The position numbers were made by a program, and so were the translations under genes. The notes beneath the pieces were generated by a model that saw only the letters and a program-made list of their open reading frames with translations, was not told where the DNA came from and made no database searches. Source: Candidatus Multivorans thiocomprendens (lineage in GTDB: Bacteria; Acidobacteriota; Thermoanaerobaculia; Multivoradales; Multivoraceae). Taken from it: 64,000 bases of DNA. The stretch is from assembly GCA_027493375.1 (NCBI GenBank), contig JAPVWO010000059.1:6507-70506 (forward strand), given 5' to 3'. Each line of letters opens with the position of its first letter. Position 1 is the stretch's first letter. Below are positions 36,755-46,827 of this stretch, piece after piece.

Positions 36755-37716
36755 TCCACGCGGATCCTCGGGTCCAGCCGGGTGAGGAGGAGGTCCGCGG
36801 CGAGTGACGCGGCGATGACCAGGACGGCGCCGTATGCGGTGGCCGCGAGGACCACGGGAATGTCCCCCGACTGGATCGCCAGGAGCGTCGCGGTGCCAAG
36901 GCCGGGCCAGGCGAAGACGACTTCGGCCACGACGGCGCCGGAAAGCAGGAGGGGCGCCGACACGGAGGCAAGCTGAAGCAGGCGCGGAGCGGCATGAGCG
37001 AGGCCGTGGACGAGCAGGATCCGTGTCTCGGACAGGCCGCGGGCCCGGGCCGCGCGACCGGCCTCGGTGGCCTGGAACTCGATCAGCGAACTCCGGGTAT
37101 AGCGGGCGATGTCGCCGGCCATCGACAGGCCGAGGACCAGCGCCGGAAGCCACAGGTGCGCCAGCACGTCGAGAGCGGCGGCTGCCGGCCCGAGTTCGAA
37201 GGCGGCGGCGGACGTCATGCCGCCGGCCGGCGCCAGCCCCAGACCCACCGCCAGCACGAGGACCGCCATCAGGCCGACCCAGAAGGTGGGCATGGCGTAG
37301 ACCAGCAGACTTGCGACGCGCACGCTCAGGTCGAGCCGCGAGTTCGGGCGGAAGGCCGCGATCAGGCCCAGACCGATCCCGAGCAGGTACTGGGCGAGCA
37401 GGGCGGCGCCGGCCAGAAGGAGGGTGGGCGGCAAGGCATCGAACAGAAGGTCCGCCACGGGCTGGCCGGTCCGGTAGGACTGCCCCCAGTCCCAGCGCAG
37501 GACGACCGCTCCCAGCCAACGGAGATACTGCGCGGGAAGGGGCTGATCGAGCCCGTAGAGCGCGCGCAGCCGCTCCGCCTGCTCCGGCGGAATTCGTGGG
37601 TCGGAGGGCGCCATCGGATCGCCGGGCGCCAGCGCCACGACGGCGAACGCGAGAGTCAGGACGATCAGGAAGAGCACCGCCGCTGCCAGCAGGCGGCGCA
37701 GAACGAATCGGATCAC
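36751..37716 (-). CDS. Peptide/nickel ABC transporter permease (DppB/OppB-like)
   Basis: 321 aa, six transmembrane segments, EAA-like loop. Confidence 0.85.
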   Translation of the reverse strand: MIRFVLRRLLAAAVLFLIVLTLAFAVVALAPGDPMAPSDPRIPPEQAERLRALYGLDQPLPAQYLRWLGAVVLRWDWGQSYRTGQPVADLLFDALPPTLLLAGAALLAQYLLGIGLGLIAAFRPNSRLDLSVRVASLLVYAMPTFWVGLMAVLVLAVGLGLAPAGGMTSAAAFELGPAAAALDVLAHLWLPALVLGLSMAGDIARYTRSSLIEFQATEAGRAARARGLSETRILLVHGLAHAAPRLLQLASVSAPLLLSGAVVAEVVFAWPGLGTATLLAIQSGDIPVVLAATAYGAVLVIAASLAADLLLTRLDPRIRVE

Positions 37717-37732
37717 CAGCGCGGCCGGAGGA

Positions 37733-39334
37733 TCAACGCCACGCCCACTCCTGGAGGTTCGCCAGGGGGCTCAGGGCGTTCGGCGCCACGGATTCGAGTT
37801 CAACGTCGAACGCGGCCAGGCTCAGCGGTTCCCACAGCACCAGCATCGGCTGGTCGTCGTGCAGGATGCGCTGCAGCCGGTGGAGGTCTTCCAGGCCGGC
37901 CGAGGGGTCGGGCCGGACGGCGAAGCTGTCGAGCAGCCGATCGACTTCGGGGTTGGCGTACGCGGCGTAGTTGTCGCCGCCGGGGATCGATTGGCTGTGG
38001 AAGGCGTAACGGAGGTCGAGACTGGTGTCGATCGCGAAGGCGGAGGCCGCGGCGTCGAAGTCCTTGTCGCGCATCCGCTGAATCAGGGCGCCGGATTCGA
38101 CGCGGCGGGGCCGGGCGTCGATGCCGACCGCGCGGAGGTCGGCCTGAATCATCTGCATCGCGTCCCAACGGGCGGGGGCGCCGGCGAAGGTCGCCAGCTC
38201 GAACCGGAACGGCACGCCGTCGCGGTCGAGGATGCCGTCGCCGTCGCCGTCGGTCCAGCCGGCGGCGGCGAGCGCGTCGCGGGCGGCCGGCGGGTCGTGG
38301 GGCCAGGGTTCGAGCGCGGCGTCGTGCGCCCAGACGCTCGAGATGACGGGACTGCTGCCGACTTCGGCGTTGCCGTGCAAGATGGTGGCCACCATTGCCT
38401 CCCGGTCGATCGCCATGGCTAGGGCGCGGCGGGTTTGAGCGTCCTGGAACCAGGGCTTTCGGGTGTTCCACGACACGAAGGTGAACTGGCGGTTGGGGTA
38501 GGCGATCAGGCGGAGGCCGGGCCGATTCGCAATCCGCTGCGCGTCGGTTGCGCCGAGCCCGCTGACGACGTCGACTTCACCCGAGAGCAGCAGGTTCGTC
38601 AGCGCGGCGCTGTCGGTCGCCGAACGCAGGATGATGCGCTCGAGGCGCGGGAGACCGTCCTCGAAGTAGTTCGGGTTGCGGCTCAGCACGAGTTCCTGGC
38701 CGGGCGTCCGGTTCTCCAGCAGGAAGGGGCCGCTGGTGACCAGGTTCTCGAAGAACCAGCCGGGGTCGCCGCGCCACTCGGCGAAGGGCCGCTGCTCCCA
38801 GGCGTGCTTCGGGAGGATGAGTCCGGTCGAGACGTCCGCCAGCACGGTGGGCAGGGCGGCGTCGAGGTGGAAGCGCACCGTTCCGGCGTCGATCACCTCG
38901 ACGTCGGCGATCGACTCCTTGGAGAACGAGTAGTCCCAGGCGACGTTCGCGTCGGTCTGAGCGAGCCAGCTAAACCGGACATCCTCGGCCGTCACCGGTT
39001 CGCCGTCGCTCCATAGCGCGTCCTGACGCAGCCGCACGGTGAGTTGCAGGCGATCCTCGGAGAACTCCCAGTCGGCCGCCAGAGCGGGCGCCCAGGTCGG
39101 CGGACCGTCGCGGAAGTCCGGTCGTTCCGCCATCAGCGGCAGGAAGAACTGGTTGCCGATCGCGCCGTACGAGAGTGTCGCGGGTCCGATCAGCTCGTTC
39201 GGCGTCGGATACTCGAAGCGCATGCCGACGGTGAGGCGCGTCGTGTCCCGCGGGATGTCGGAAGCGCAGCCCCAACCGAGCATGGCAGCCAGTCCGGCCG
39301 CCGCCAGGAGCCGCGTCGCAACCACGGGAATCAT
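37733..39334 (-). CDS. ABC transporter substrate-binding protein, family 5 (peptide/nickel)
   Basis: 533 aa, signal peptide, SBP_bac_5-like. Confidence 0.85.
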   Translation of the reverse strand: MIPVVATRLLAAAGLAAMLGWGCASDIPRDTTRLTVGMRFEYPTPNELIGPATLSYGAIGNQFFLPLMAERPDFRDGPPTWAPALAADWEFSEDRLQLTVRLRQDALWSDGEPVTAEDVRFSWLAQTDANVAWDYSFSKESIADVEVIDAGTVRFHLDAALPTVLADVSTGLILPKHAWEQRPFAEWRGDPGWFFENLVTSGPFLLENRTPGQELVLSRNPNYFEDGLPRLERIILRSATDSAALTNLLLSGEVDVVSGLGATDAQRIANRPGLRLIAYPNRQFTFVSWNTRKPWFQDAQTRRALAMAIDREAMVATILHGNAEVGSSPVISSVWAHDAALEPWPHDPPAARDALAAAGWTDGDGDGILDRDGVPFRFELATFAGAPARWDAMQMIQADLRAVGIDARPRRVESGALIQRMRDKDFDAAASAFAIDTSLDLRYAFHSQSIPGGDNYAAYANPEVDRLLDSFAVRPDPSAGLEDLHRLQRILHDDQPMLVLWEPLSLAAFDVELESVAPNALSPLANLQEWAWR

Positions 39335-39351
39335 CGTACACCGCGGCTGTC

Positions 39352-40704
39352 TTGTACCGTTCGAGCGTGTGGGACTGGATCGGCAGGGACGGAGGTCAAC
39401 GGCGCCGGCGCGCCTGGGCGGCGGTCCTCGGCGCCTTCGTTCTCGCCGACCTCGCCCTGTTCGGCTGGCTGATTTTCCGGTCGCTGTCCGAGCGGGAGCT
39501 GAACCGGATCGTGATCGAGGCCCGGACGGAGGCGGAGGACCTCGCCGAGCGTATCGCGGGCCGGGTGGAGAGCACCGGTCGCGACCTGTACACGGCGATG
39601 GCGACCGAATCGGAGACGCGCAGCTACATCGATTCCGTGCTGGTGCAGCGCGACATCGTCGAGACCGTCGAGGTCTTCGACAGCGAGGGTCACCTGGTGT
39701 TCCGCAATCGCCGGGACGAAACCCGCACCGACGTCGGAAGCCCGCCGAACCTGGAGTCGCCGTCGCTGGTCGCGGAGACGGTGACCAACCAGGTGCCCTA
39801 CGAGATCGTGACGGTACCGGTCGGCACGGTAGGCACCTTCCAGATCGGGATCTCGCGCAGCGAGCTGCAGCAGAGGCTCGTGGCCCTGCGCCGTGAGTTG
39901 CTGCGCCAGACCGCGATCGTCGCGGTGTTGACCGTCGCGCTGTTCGTGGCCGGCTACCTGCTCTACAGCCGCCTTTCGAGGCGGACCGCCCTGGTCGAGC
40001 GGCAGGCGCAGGAGGCGGAACAGATGGCCTACGTCGGCACCCTCGCTTCCGGCCTCGCGCACGAGATCCGCAGTCCCCTGAACTCGTTGAACCTGAACAT
40101 GCAGATGCTCCAGGAAGAGATGCCGGCGGGCTCCTCGGAGCGTCTGGTCGCGATCACGCGTTCGGAAGTCGGTCGCCTGGAACGCCTCGTGTCCGACTTC
40201 CTGAGCTATGCGCGTCCGGAGGAGCTGAAGCTCGAGCAGACGACTGCGTCCGAACTCCTGGGCCACGGCGCCGAGGTGGTGGCCGGCAAGCTCCGGTCCG
40301 CCGGCATCCCCGTGGAGATCGGCGACCGCAGCGGCGGCGTTCCCTTTCAGGTCGATCGAGAGCAGATGAACCAGTTGCTGCTGAACCTGATCGACAATGC
40401 GGTGGCGGCGATGAGCGACTGCGACCGTCCCGTTCTCCGCCTCGAAGCGGAAGCCCGGCCGGGATCGGTCGTGCTCGCGGTCGGCGACAACGGGCCGGGC
40501 GTCGCCCCCGCGGACCGGGAGAGGGTGTTCGACCTGTTCCACTCGGGACGTCGCGGCGGCACCGGCCTGGGACTCGCGATCGTCCGCCGCATCGCCGCCA
40601 CCCACGGCGGGCAAGCGCGGGTGCGGCAGGACGGGAGCGCCGGCGCCACCTTCGAGGTCGAGTTGCCGCTGTCGCCCCGTCGGTTGCGGGGCGATCATGG
40701 CTGA
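39352..40704 (+). CDS. Sensor histidine kinase (orphan; no adjacent response regulator)
   Basis: Two transmembrane segments, H-box LAHEIRSPLNSL, HATPase GTGLGLAIV. Confidence 0.85.
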   Translation: MYRSSVWDWIGRDGGQRRRRAWAAVLGAFVLADLALFGWLIFRSLSERELNRIVIEARTEAEDLAERIAGRVESTGRDLYTAMATESETRSYIDSVLVQRDIVETVEVFDSEGHLVFRNRRDETRTDVGSPPNLESPSLVAETVTNQVPYEIVTVPVGTVGTFQIGISRSELQQRLVALRRELLRQTAIVAVLTVALFVAGYLLYSRLSRRTALVERQAQEAEQMAYVGTLASGLAHEIRSPLNSLNLNMQMLQEEMPAGSSERLVAITRSEVGRLERLVSDFLSYARPEELKLEQTTASELLGHGAEVVAGKLRSAGIPVEIGDRSGGVPFQVDREQMNQLLLNLIDNAVAAMSDCDRPVLRLEAEARPGSVVLAVGDNGPGVAPADRERVFDLFHSGRRGGTGLGLAIVRRIAATHGGQARVRQDGSAGATFEVELPLSPRRLRGDHG

Positions 40705-43203
40705 CGTTCGATCCTCGGTACGATTCCGAACTGGGAGCGCTGGCTGTAGAGGCTTCCCCATGGTCCTTGTTCGACGTCCACGCCAACCGGGACGATGGGT
40801 ACGGTCAACGTCTCCGGGTCGGCACTCCTTCGGAGCAGCGGCGCGGCGGCGGAACAGGCGCCGGGCCTGCACTGCCGCGGCGGACCGACTTCGTCTCCGG
40901 TGTACAACCTGCCCCTGTTCAGCCAGTACCAGGCGCCGTCTTCCAGGCCGTCCGCTTGCAACTCGCCCGCGATCGGGTCGCCGTCGCCGTCGAAGCAGCC
41001 GGGCAACAGGGAAGCGATGATTCCGCTCTCGTCGGCTTCGAGCGGGTAGCTCCCGGTCCGGCCGTCTTCGCACGTCAGACGGAACGTGGCCGCGTTCCCG
41101 TCCAGCGGCCGGCCAACGACTCCGCCGTGACCCTTCCAGTAGGGCGCGACGTGTTCGCCCCCCCCCTTTCGTGTCGGTGAGGTGCGGGACGATCCCCATG
41201 AATCCGGTCCGATCGTGGGTCATCAGGGTGCCGTGAAGGCGTCCCGCAACGGTCAACACGAAACGGCGGTCGCCCCGGGGGTATGCCGTGATCCCGGCGG
41301 GGACCGGCGGTCTCAACCCTGGATTCAGCGACGATTCGCAGACCAAAGGGGCCAGCGCCACGTTCCTGTCGCCGTTGATCCAGTACCAACCGCCATCTTC
41401 TATGCCCTCGATCGCCAACTCGCCCCAAAGAGGCTGCCCGTCTTGAGCGATGCACGTGGACGGGCGGACGGCGCGCACGATCAGGCCGTCGTCGCCGGCG
41501 TACTCCCTGCTCGAGTACGAAGCGCCGCCGCATCGAAGCCGGAGTACCGCGGATCGCCCGTCGGACGGCCTGGCCGCGAAGCCGCCCGTGCCGCGCCAGT
41601 ACGGGGCGACCCGCGACTCGCACGCGGGCGGTTCCGGTGGCGGGTCGGGGTCCGGTTGCGGCGGCGGGTCGGGATCCGGTAGCGGCGGCGGAGTGTCGCG
41701 AATCGTGCCTTCGGCGGTCAAGCGCAGGGCCAGAACGGCCCGACCCCGCGGGACCGCGACGCGTACGGTGAACTCCTCTTCGTCCTCGACGAGGTCGTCG
41801 GTGAAGGCGGCCACGCGGATCTCGGCCGTTGCCGCCGTCTTCGCGGCGCCGATCGCCGGAACCGTCACGCTGCCCGTCGCGGCGGCGTAGTCGGCGCTCG
41901 TGGCCGTGCCGTTCGCGGTCCGAAAGCTCAGAGTCAGACTTTCGCCCCCGCGCACCGGCCAGGTCGAGTGCGCCACGCCGAAGCTCAGGAACGTCCCTTC
42001 CGGACCTTCGGCGTCCGCGAGGCGAAGGCAGGAGTACACGGTCAGCAGATTCCCCGTCCTCCGCGTCTCCAGCGCCGTCGGCAGGGTCGCCGAGGCGGCC
42101 AGGTCGTTCCCGCACAGGGAAAGCTCTCGAAGGGCGGTCAAGTCGTCCAACTGGGGCGAGACACCGCCGGTGAGGCGGTTCCAGGCGAGGTCGAGATACC
42201 GGAGGTTCGCGAGCGCGCTCAGGTCGGGTATCTCCCCGGTCAGGCTGTTGCGATGCAGCCAGAGCGTCCTGAGGCTGGTGAGCTTGCTCGGGTCCGGGAT
42301 GTTCCCCGTCAGTTCGTTGTCGGAGAGCACCAGTGACTGGAGGTTCGCGAGCGCGCTCAGGTCGGGTATCTCCCCGGTCAGGCTGTTGCGATGCAGCCAG
42401 AGTGTCCTGAGGCTGGTGAGCTTGCTCAGGTCCGGGATGTTCCCCGTCAGTTCGTTGTCGGAGAGCCTGAGCGTCCTGAGGCTGGTGAGCTTGCTCAGGT
42501 CCGGGATGCTTCCGGTCAGTTCGTTGTCGTCGAGCGCGAGTGTTCGGAGGCCGGCGAGCTTGCTCAGGTCCGGGATGTTCCCCGTCAAGTCGTTGTCGGA
42601 GAGCACGAGTGTTTGGAGGCCGGCGAGCTTGCTCAGGTCTGGGATGCTCCCGCTCAACCGGTTTTCGGTGAGATTGAGACTCTCGAGGTTGGCCAGTTCG
42701 CTCAGGTCGGGGATGCTCCCCGTCAAGTCGTTGCCTGCGAGATCGAGTTCCTGGAGGTTCGGAGGGAAGTGCGCGGCGACGATGCTCCCGCTCAGTTCGC
42801 TGGCGTGCAGCGTGAGGGACGAGAGGCTGGCGAGAGCGCTCAGGTCCGGGATGGTTCCGCCGGACAGGCCTTTCCTCCGCAGAGTCAGGCCGGCGACGCG
42901 GTTCTTGTTCGAAGCCAGGGCGATCCCGTCCCAGGAAGCGATGCTCAGCGTGTTCGTCCAGTTCAGGGCGCCCGTGCCCCGGAGTGTGTCCATGACGTTC
43001 AGCAAGGCGGCGCAGTCGCCGGCCAGCGCGACCGCGTCGCCTGGATTGACCGCGATGACGGCCGTGTCGCTGGCCGTGCAGGTCGCCTGCGCCGAAGCGG
43101 CGTTCGGCCAAACGGTCACCGTCAAGAGCGACCAAGCGGCGACGGTGAACCGGATCCGCAAGGCCCGCTCCCGTGGTCGGCGGATGTTCCTCTTGCTCGT
43201 CAA
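40695..43203 (-). CDS. Secreted leucine-rich-repeat protein (plant-type 24-residue LRRs) with a Calx-beta-like domain, a Pro/Asp linker and two tandem C-terminal repeat domains; the frame is interrupted at a G9 tract (41158-41166)
   Basis: TTG start, signal peptide ...AASAQA, about 12 LRRs LTGxIPDLSxLxxLxxLxLxxNx, PPPLPDPDPPPQPDPDPPPEPP linker, GWYW(I/L)N repeated twice; removing one G joins the 43203-frame and the 41006-frame into one ORF. Confidence 0.7.
41158..41166. repeat. Homopolymeric C9/G9 tract inside the LRR-protein coding sequence
   Basis: Read directly from the sequence; it lies exactly at the frame break. Confidence 0.9.
42200..42760. repeat. Near-identical tandem DNA repeats (about 138-nt unit, about 4 copies) encoding the LRR units
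   Basis: GAGGTTCGCGAGCGCGCTCAGGTCGGGTATCTCCCCGGTCAGGCTGTTGCGATGCAGCCAGAG... recurs nearly verbatim. Confidence 0.8.
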
Positions 43204-43342
43204 CTTGACGTTGGCGGGGCAATGGCGACGCTACTACATGGCCAGTGGCGTGTGCCGCTCGAGGTTGGGCCGGCGACCCTGTCGCGGCGCCAACCTTGTC
43301 ACGTCTTGTAGTGGCTCAGTACATATGAGACTCGGAGGTCCT

Positions 43343-43500
43343 TCAAGCCGCCGTGTTGTTTGGATACTGCCACGGCGTGAGTCCTCCGAGTGCCTGGTGC
43401 GGTCTTTGCCGCTTGTAGTGGTGGTTGAAGTCGTCGAGGCAGCGGTTGAGGGATTCGATCCGATGGGGCGGTTGGCAGGAGCCGTAGAACTCGTGTCGGT
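43343..43500 (-). mobile_element. IS transposase C-terminal remnant (rve/DDE integrase-core tail), pseudogene
   Basis: ...YRHEFYGSCQPPHRIESLNRCLDDFNHHYKRQRPHQALGGLTPWQY* matches IS3/IS481 C-termini; only about 50 aa is interpretable and the local GC is lower. Confidence 0.45.
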
Positions 43501-44023
43501 AGGTGGCCTGCGCCAACGGTCGACATGCTCTTGTGCTGGAACGTCGCGATACGGAAGAAGGTGAGAGCGTGATGGGTGCCAGGCGGTTGGGCTTGGCGCC
43601 CCTGCCGGTGCTGCCGCCGGTTGAGGCGGTGCCAGGCGGGACTGAGGAACCGCGGGACGTGAATAGGGAGATCGGACAGTAGGGAGAGTCGAGGTGATCC
43701 GGAAGGAACGCACCTGAACCCGACAGAAGGCTGCGTCCTCGCGGAACGTGATCCTCGGAACGGAGGCGACCGCCATCGCGGCCGGGGCGACCCGGACCGA
43801 CTCGGAGTTGCCGGCGCAAGTGGAGGGCGCGCACCCGCGCTCTCGCCCACCGGCGCTGCCGCGAGCCGCTACACACCATTGACCGTTTCGTCCGGCGGAT
43901 GCTACTGTCTGCCGCCGAAATGCCGCTGCGGCGGCGTAGAGCGGGTGCCGGACTCGTCCTTCGGCAACGCCAGATGACGACAACCGGCGCACGGAGCGAT
44001 CGGCGCGCCGCTGAGAGAGAACG

Positions 44024-44353
44024 ATGTACGCAGTGATAGAGACCGGCGGCAAGCAGGTCCGGGTCGAAGAAGGCGATGTCGTCGACCTGGAGCGCCTCGG
44101 CGGCGCCGAGGCCGGTTCGGAGGTGGTCTTCGACCGGGTGCTGATGATCGGTGGCGGCGAGGACGAGCCCGAAGTGGGCGAGCCGGTCGTCGAGGGCGCC
44201 AGGGTGCGGGCACAGCTCGTGAGCGACCTGCGCGGCCCGAAGATCGTCGTGTTCAAGTTCAAGCGCCGGAAGGGCTACCGCCGCCGCCGCGGACACCGGC
44301 AGGAGCTGCAGCGCTTCCGGATAGAAGCGATCGAACGAGACGGCGGGGCGTAA
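44024..44353 (+). CDS. rplU: 50S ribosomal protein L21
   Basis: [21 protein letters not shown]-terminus. Confidence 0.95.
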   Translation: MYAVIETGGKQVRVEEGDVVDLERLGGAEAGSEVVFDRVLMIGGGEDEPEVGEPVVEGARVRAQLVSDLRGPKIVVFKFKRRKGYRRRRGHRQELQRFRIEAIERDGGA

Positions 44354-44384
44354 GCCTCTCGCCGGAGCAACGGAGGTCGAAGAG

Positions 44385-44642
44385 ATGGCGCACAAGAAGG
44401 GCCAGGGCTCGAGCCGCAACGGCCGCGATTCGAATCCCAAGAACCTGGGCGTGAAGCGCTACGCGGGTGAGAGCGTGACCGGGGGCACGATCATCGTGCG
44501 CCAGCGGGGTACGCGCTTCTTTCCCGGCGAGAACGTGGGACGTGGCGGCGACGACACCCTCTACGCGCGCGCGGAAGGCGTCGTCGAGTTCCGCAACCGC
44601 GGCCGGCGCGGCACGGTGGTCAACGTCCATCCGGCCGGCTAG
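44385..44642 (+). CDS. rpmA: 50S ribosomal protein L27
   Basis: [25 protein letters not shown]. Confidence 0.95.
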   Translation: MAHKKGQGSSRNGRDSNPKNLGVKRYAGESVTGGTIIVRQRGTRFFPGENVGRGGDDTLYARAEGVVEFRNRGRRGTVVNVHPAG

Positions 44643-44666
44643 GCGTAGCGCCGCGGGGAGCGGCTC

Positions 44667-45728
44667 ATGCACTTCATCGACGAGGCCGTCATCGATGTCC
44701 TCGCCGGTTCCGGCGGAGACGGCTGCCTGGCCTTCCGGCGCGAGAAGTTCGTGCCGCGGGGCGGCCCGTCGGGAGGCGACGGCGGCAACGGCGGCGACGT
44801 CGTTCTGGTCGGTTCGCCCGGGCTCGGCACTCTCTACCGTCTCAGCTTCCCGGCCGCCTACCACGCCGAGCGCGGCAGGCACGGCGAAGGATCGAACAAG
44901 ACCGGCAGGAGCGGCAGCGATCTGGTGATTCCGGTGCCGCTCGGAACCGAGGTCCATGACGCCGCCACCGGCGAGCCGCTGGGCGAGGTCCTGGCCGAAT
45001 CCGACCACCTCGTCGTGGCGCGCGGCGGCGCCGGCGGGCGCGGCAACGCCCGCTTCAAGAGCGCGCGCCAGCGAGCGCCGAGGCGGGTGGAAGCGGGAAG
45101 GCCGGGCGAGCAGCGCCGCCTGCGCCTGGAGCTGAAGCTGCTCGCCGACATCGGCGTCGTCGGCCTGCCGAACGCCGGCAAGTCGACCCTCATCAGCAGG
45201 CTGACCGCCGCGAAACCGAAGATCGCCGACTATCCCTTCACGACGCTGGTTCCCCAGCTCGGCGTGGTCGGACCGCCGGCGCTGCCGGTCGAAACGGAGC
45301 CCTTCGTGATCGCCGACCTGCCCGGACTGATCGCCGGCGCCGCCCAGGGGGCCGGCCTCGGAACCCGCTTTCTGCGCCACGTGGAGCGTTGCCGTGTCCT
45401 CCTGCACCTGGTCGACCTCGGCCCACAGCCGGAGGAGGGAGCGGGCGCGGTTCAGGCGGCCTTCGACACGATCTCGGCTGAACTGGGCGCCTTCAACGAG
45501 GATCTGCTCCGCCGGCCACGAGTCCTTTGCGGCTCGAAGCTCGACATCGCGGAGCCGGATCGGCGACGCGAACTGGCCGCGCTGGCCCGGAGAGAGGGCG
45601 TGGAGGCGTTCGAGGTCTCGGCGGTCGCGGGAACGGGGCTCGACCGCCTGGTTCGTGAACTGCGCCGCCTTCTGGACGCGGACGAGTCGGCCGGCGACGA
45701 AGCTGCCGTGGAAGCCGCCCCGCCATGA
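44667..45728 (+). CDS. obg: GTPase Obg/CgtA
   Basis: Obg fold (GGDGG repeats) plus G-domain GLPNAGKST. Confidence 0.95.
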   Translation: MHFIDEAVIDVLAGSGGDGCLAFRREKFVPRGGPSGGDGGNGGDVVLVGSPGLGTLYRLSFPAAYHAERGRHGEGSNKTGRSGSDLVIPVPLGTEVHDAATGEPLGEVLAESDHLVVARGGAGGRGNARFKSARQRAPRRVEAGRPGEQRRLRLELKLLADIGVVGLPNAGKSTLISRLTAAKPKIADYPFTTLVPQLGVVGPPALPVETEPFVIADLPGLIAGAAQGAGLGTRFLRHVERCRVLLHLVDLGPQPEEGAGAVQAAFDTISAELGAFNEDLLRRPRVLCGSKLDIAEPDRRRELAALARREGVEAFEVSAVAGTGLDRLVRELRRLLDADESAGDEAAVEAAPP

Positions 45729-46378
45729 GGATCGCGCGGAGACGCGCCGACGATCGGGGCGAACGGCACGTGGGCCACCGCGCCGGGAGAGTTGGCCTGT
45801 TCGGCGGCAGTTTCGACCCGATCCACAACGGGCACATCCTGCCGGTGCTCGCCGCGCGGGAACTCCTGGATCTGGACGTCGTCCACTACCTGCCGACCGC
45901 CAGGCCGCCGCACAAGCCCCGGGGGACGGGGGCGCCGGCGCTCGCTCGGAACACGATGGTCGAGCTGGCGCTCCTGCCCTACCCCGAGCTGGTCGTCTCG
46001 GACGCTGAACTCGATCTCGGCCGGACCGCGTACACGGTGGACACGGTCGAGCGCTATGCGGCCGAGGACCCGGAGGCCGACCTGCACCTGCTGCTCGGCG
46101 TCGACAGCTTCAACGACCTCACGGCCTGGCGGCGGTTCGAAGACCTGATCGGCGCCGTCAGGCTGGTCGTTCTGGCACGGCCGGGCGAACGGGGCCTGGA
46201 TCCGGCGGTGCGCGCGGCGGTCGAGGGCGCGCGCGGCTTCGATCTGGTCCGGCATCGCTCGGTCGATGTCTCGTCGAGCTCGATCCGCCGCCGGCTTTCC
46301 CTGGGCGAGGAGGTCGATGCCGGCTTGATGCCCGCCGCCGTGCTGCGGTACTGTCGCAAGTACGGGTTGTACCGTTGA
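45725..46378 (+). CDS. nadD: Nicotinate-nucleotide adenylyltransferase
   Basis: GLFGGSFDPIHNGH. Confidence 0.9.
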   Translation: MRIARRRADDRGERHVGHRAGRVGLFGGSFDPIHNGHILPVLAARELLDLDVVHYLPTARPPHKPRGTGAPALARNTMVELALLPYPELVVSDAELDLGRTAYTVDTVERYAAEDPEADLHLLLGVDSFNDLTAWRRFEDLIGAVRLVVLARPGERGLDPAVRAAVEGARGFDLVRHRSVDVSSSSIRRRLSLGEEVDAGLMPAAVLRYCRKYGLYR

Positions 46379-46827
46379 CGCAACCGCAGACGCTACAGGC
46401 CCGGTTGGGCGCAATCTCCCCAAGTCCCGAGGGGACCCCTGACTCCGAGGAGCGTGTCCGCGCCGTCGCTGCCGCGGCGATCGACCGGAAGGCGCAGGAC
46501 CTTCGGGTTCTGGAACTCACCGACGTCAGCGACTTCACCGACTACTTCGTCATCTGCAACGGCGCCAACGCGCGCCAGGTGAGCGCGATCGCGGAGGCCG
46601 TGGAGCGGCGACTGCGGTCCCGCGGCGCCCGTCCCCTGCACCTGGAGGGGTCGGGACGCGGTCAGTGGGTGCTGCTCGACTACGGCGACGTCGTCGTCCA
46701 CGTGTTCGACCCCGAACGGCGGGAGCTCTACCGGCTGGAGCGCCTGTGGTCCGACGCCCCGGACCGGACAGCGGAGCTGGCTCCGGACGGAGGACCGGTC
46801 TCGCATGGCGTCCCTGCTGCGACTTGA
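46375..46827 (+). CDS. rsfS: Ribosomal silencing factor RsfS (Iojap)
   Basis: DYFVICNGANARQVSAIAEAV...DYGDVVVHVF. Confidence 0.9.
   Translation: MTQPQTLQARLGAISPSPEGTPDSEERVRAVAAAAIDRKAQDLRVLELTDVSDFTDYFVICNGANARQVSAIAEAVERRLRSRGARPLHLEGSGRGQWVLLDYGDVVVHVFDPERRELYRLERLWSDAPDRTAELAPDGGPVSHGVPAAT

Noticed and set aside
39331-43203. 1290-aa ORF in the six-frame track
   Set aside because: Artefact. It is the LRR gene read through the G9 frameshift into stop-free GC-rich antisense of the histidine kinase gene (39352-40704).
44024-46827. The rplU-rpmA-obg-nadD-rsfS cluster as anything unusual
   Set aside because: This is a canonical conserved gene order. The adjacent tiny 46953-47135 and 47113-47508 ORFs overlap the tRNAs and are spurious.
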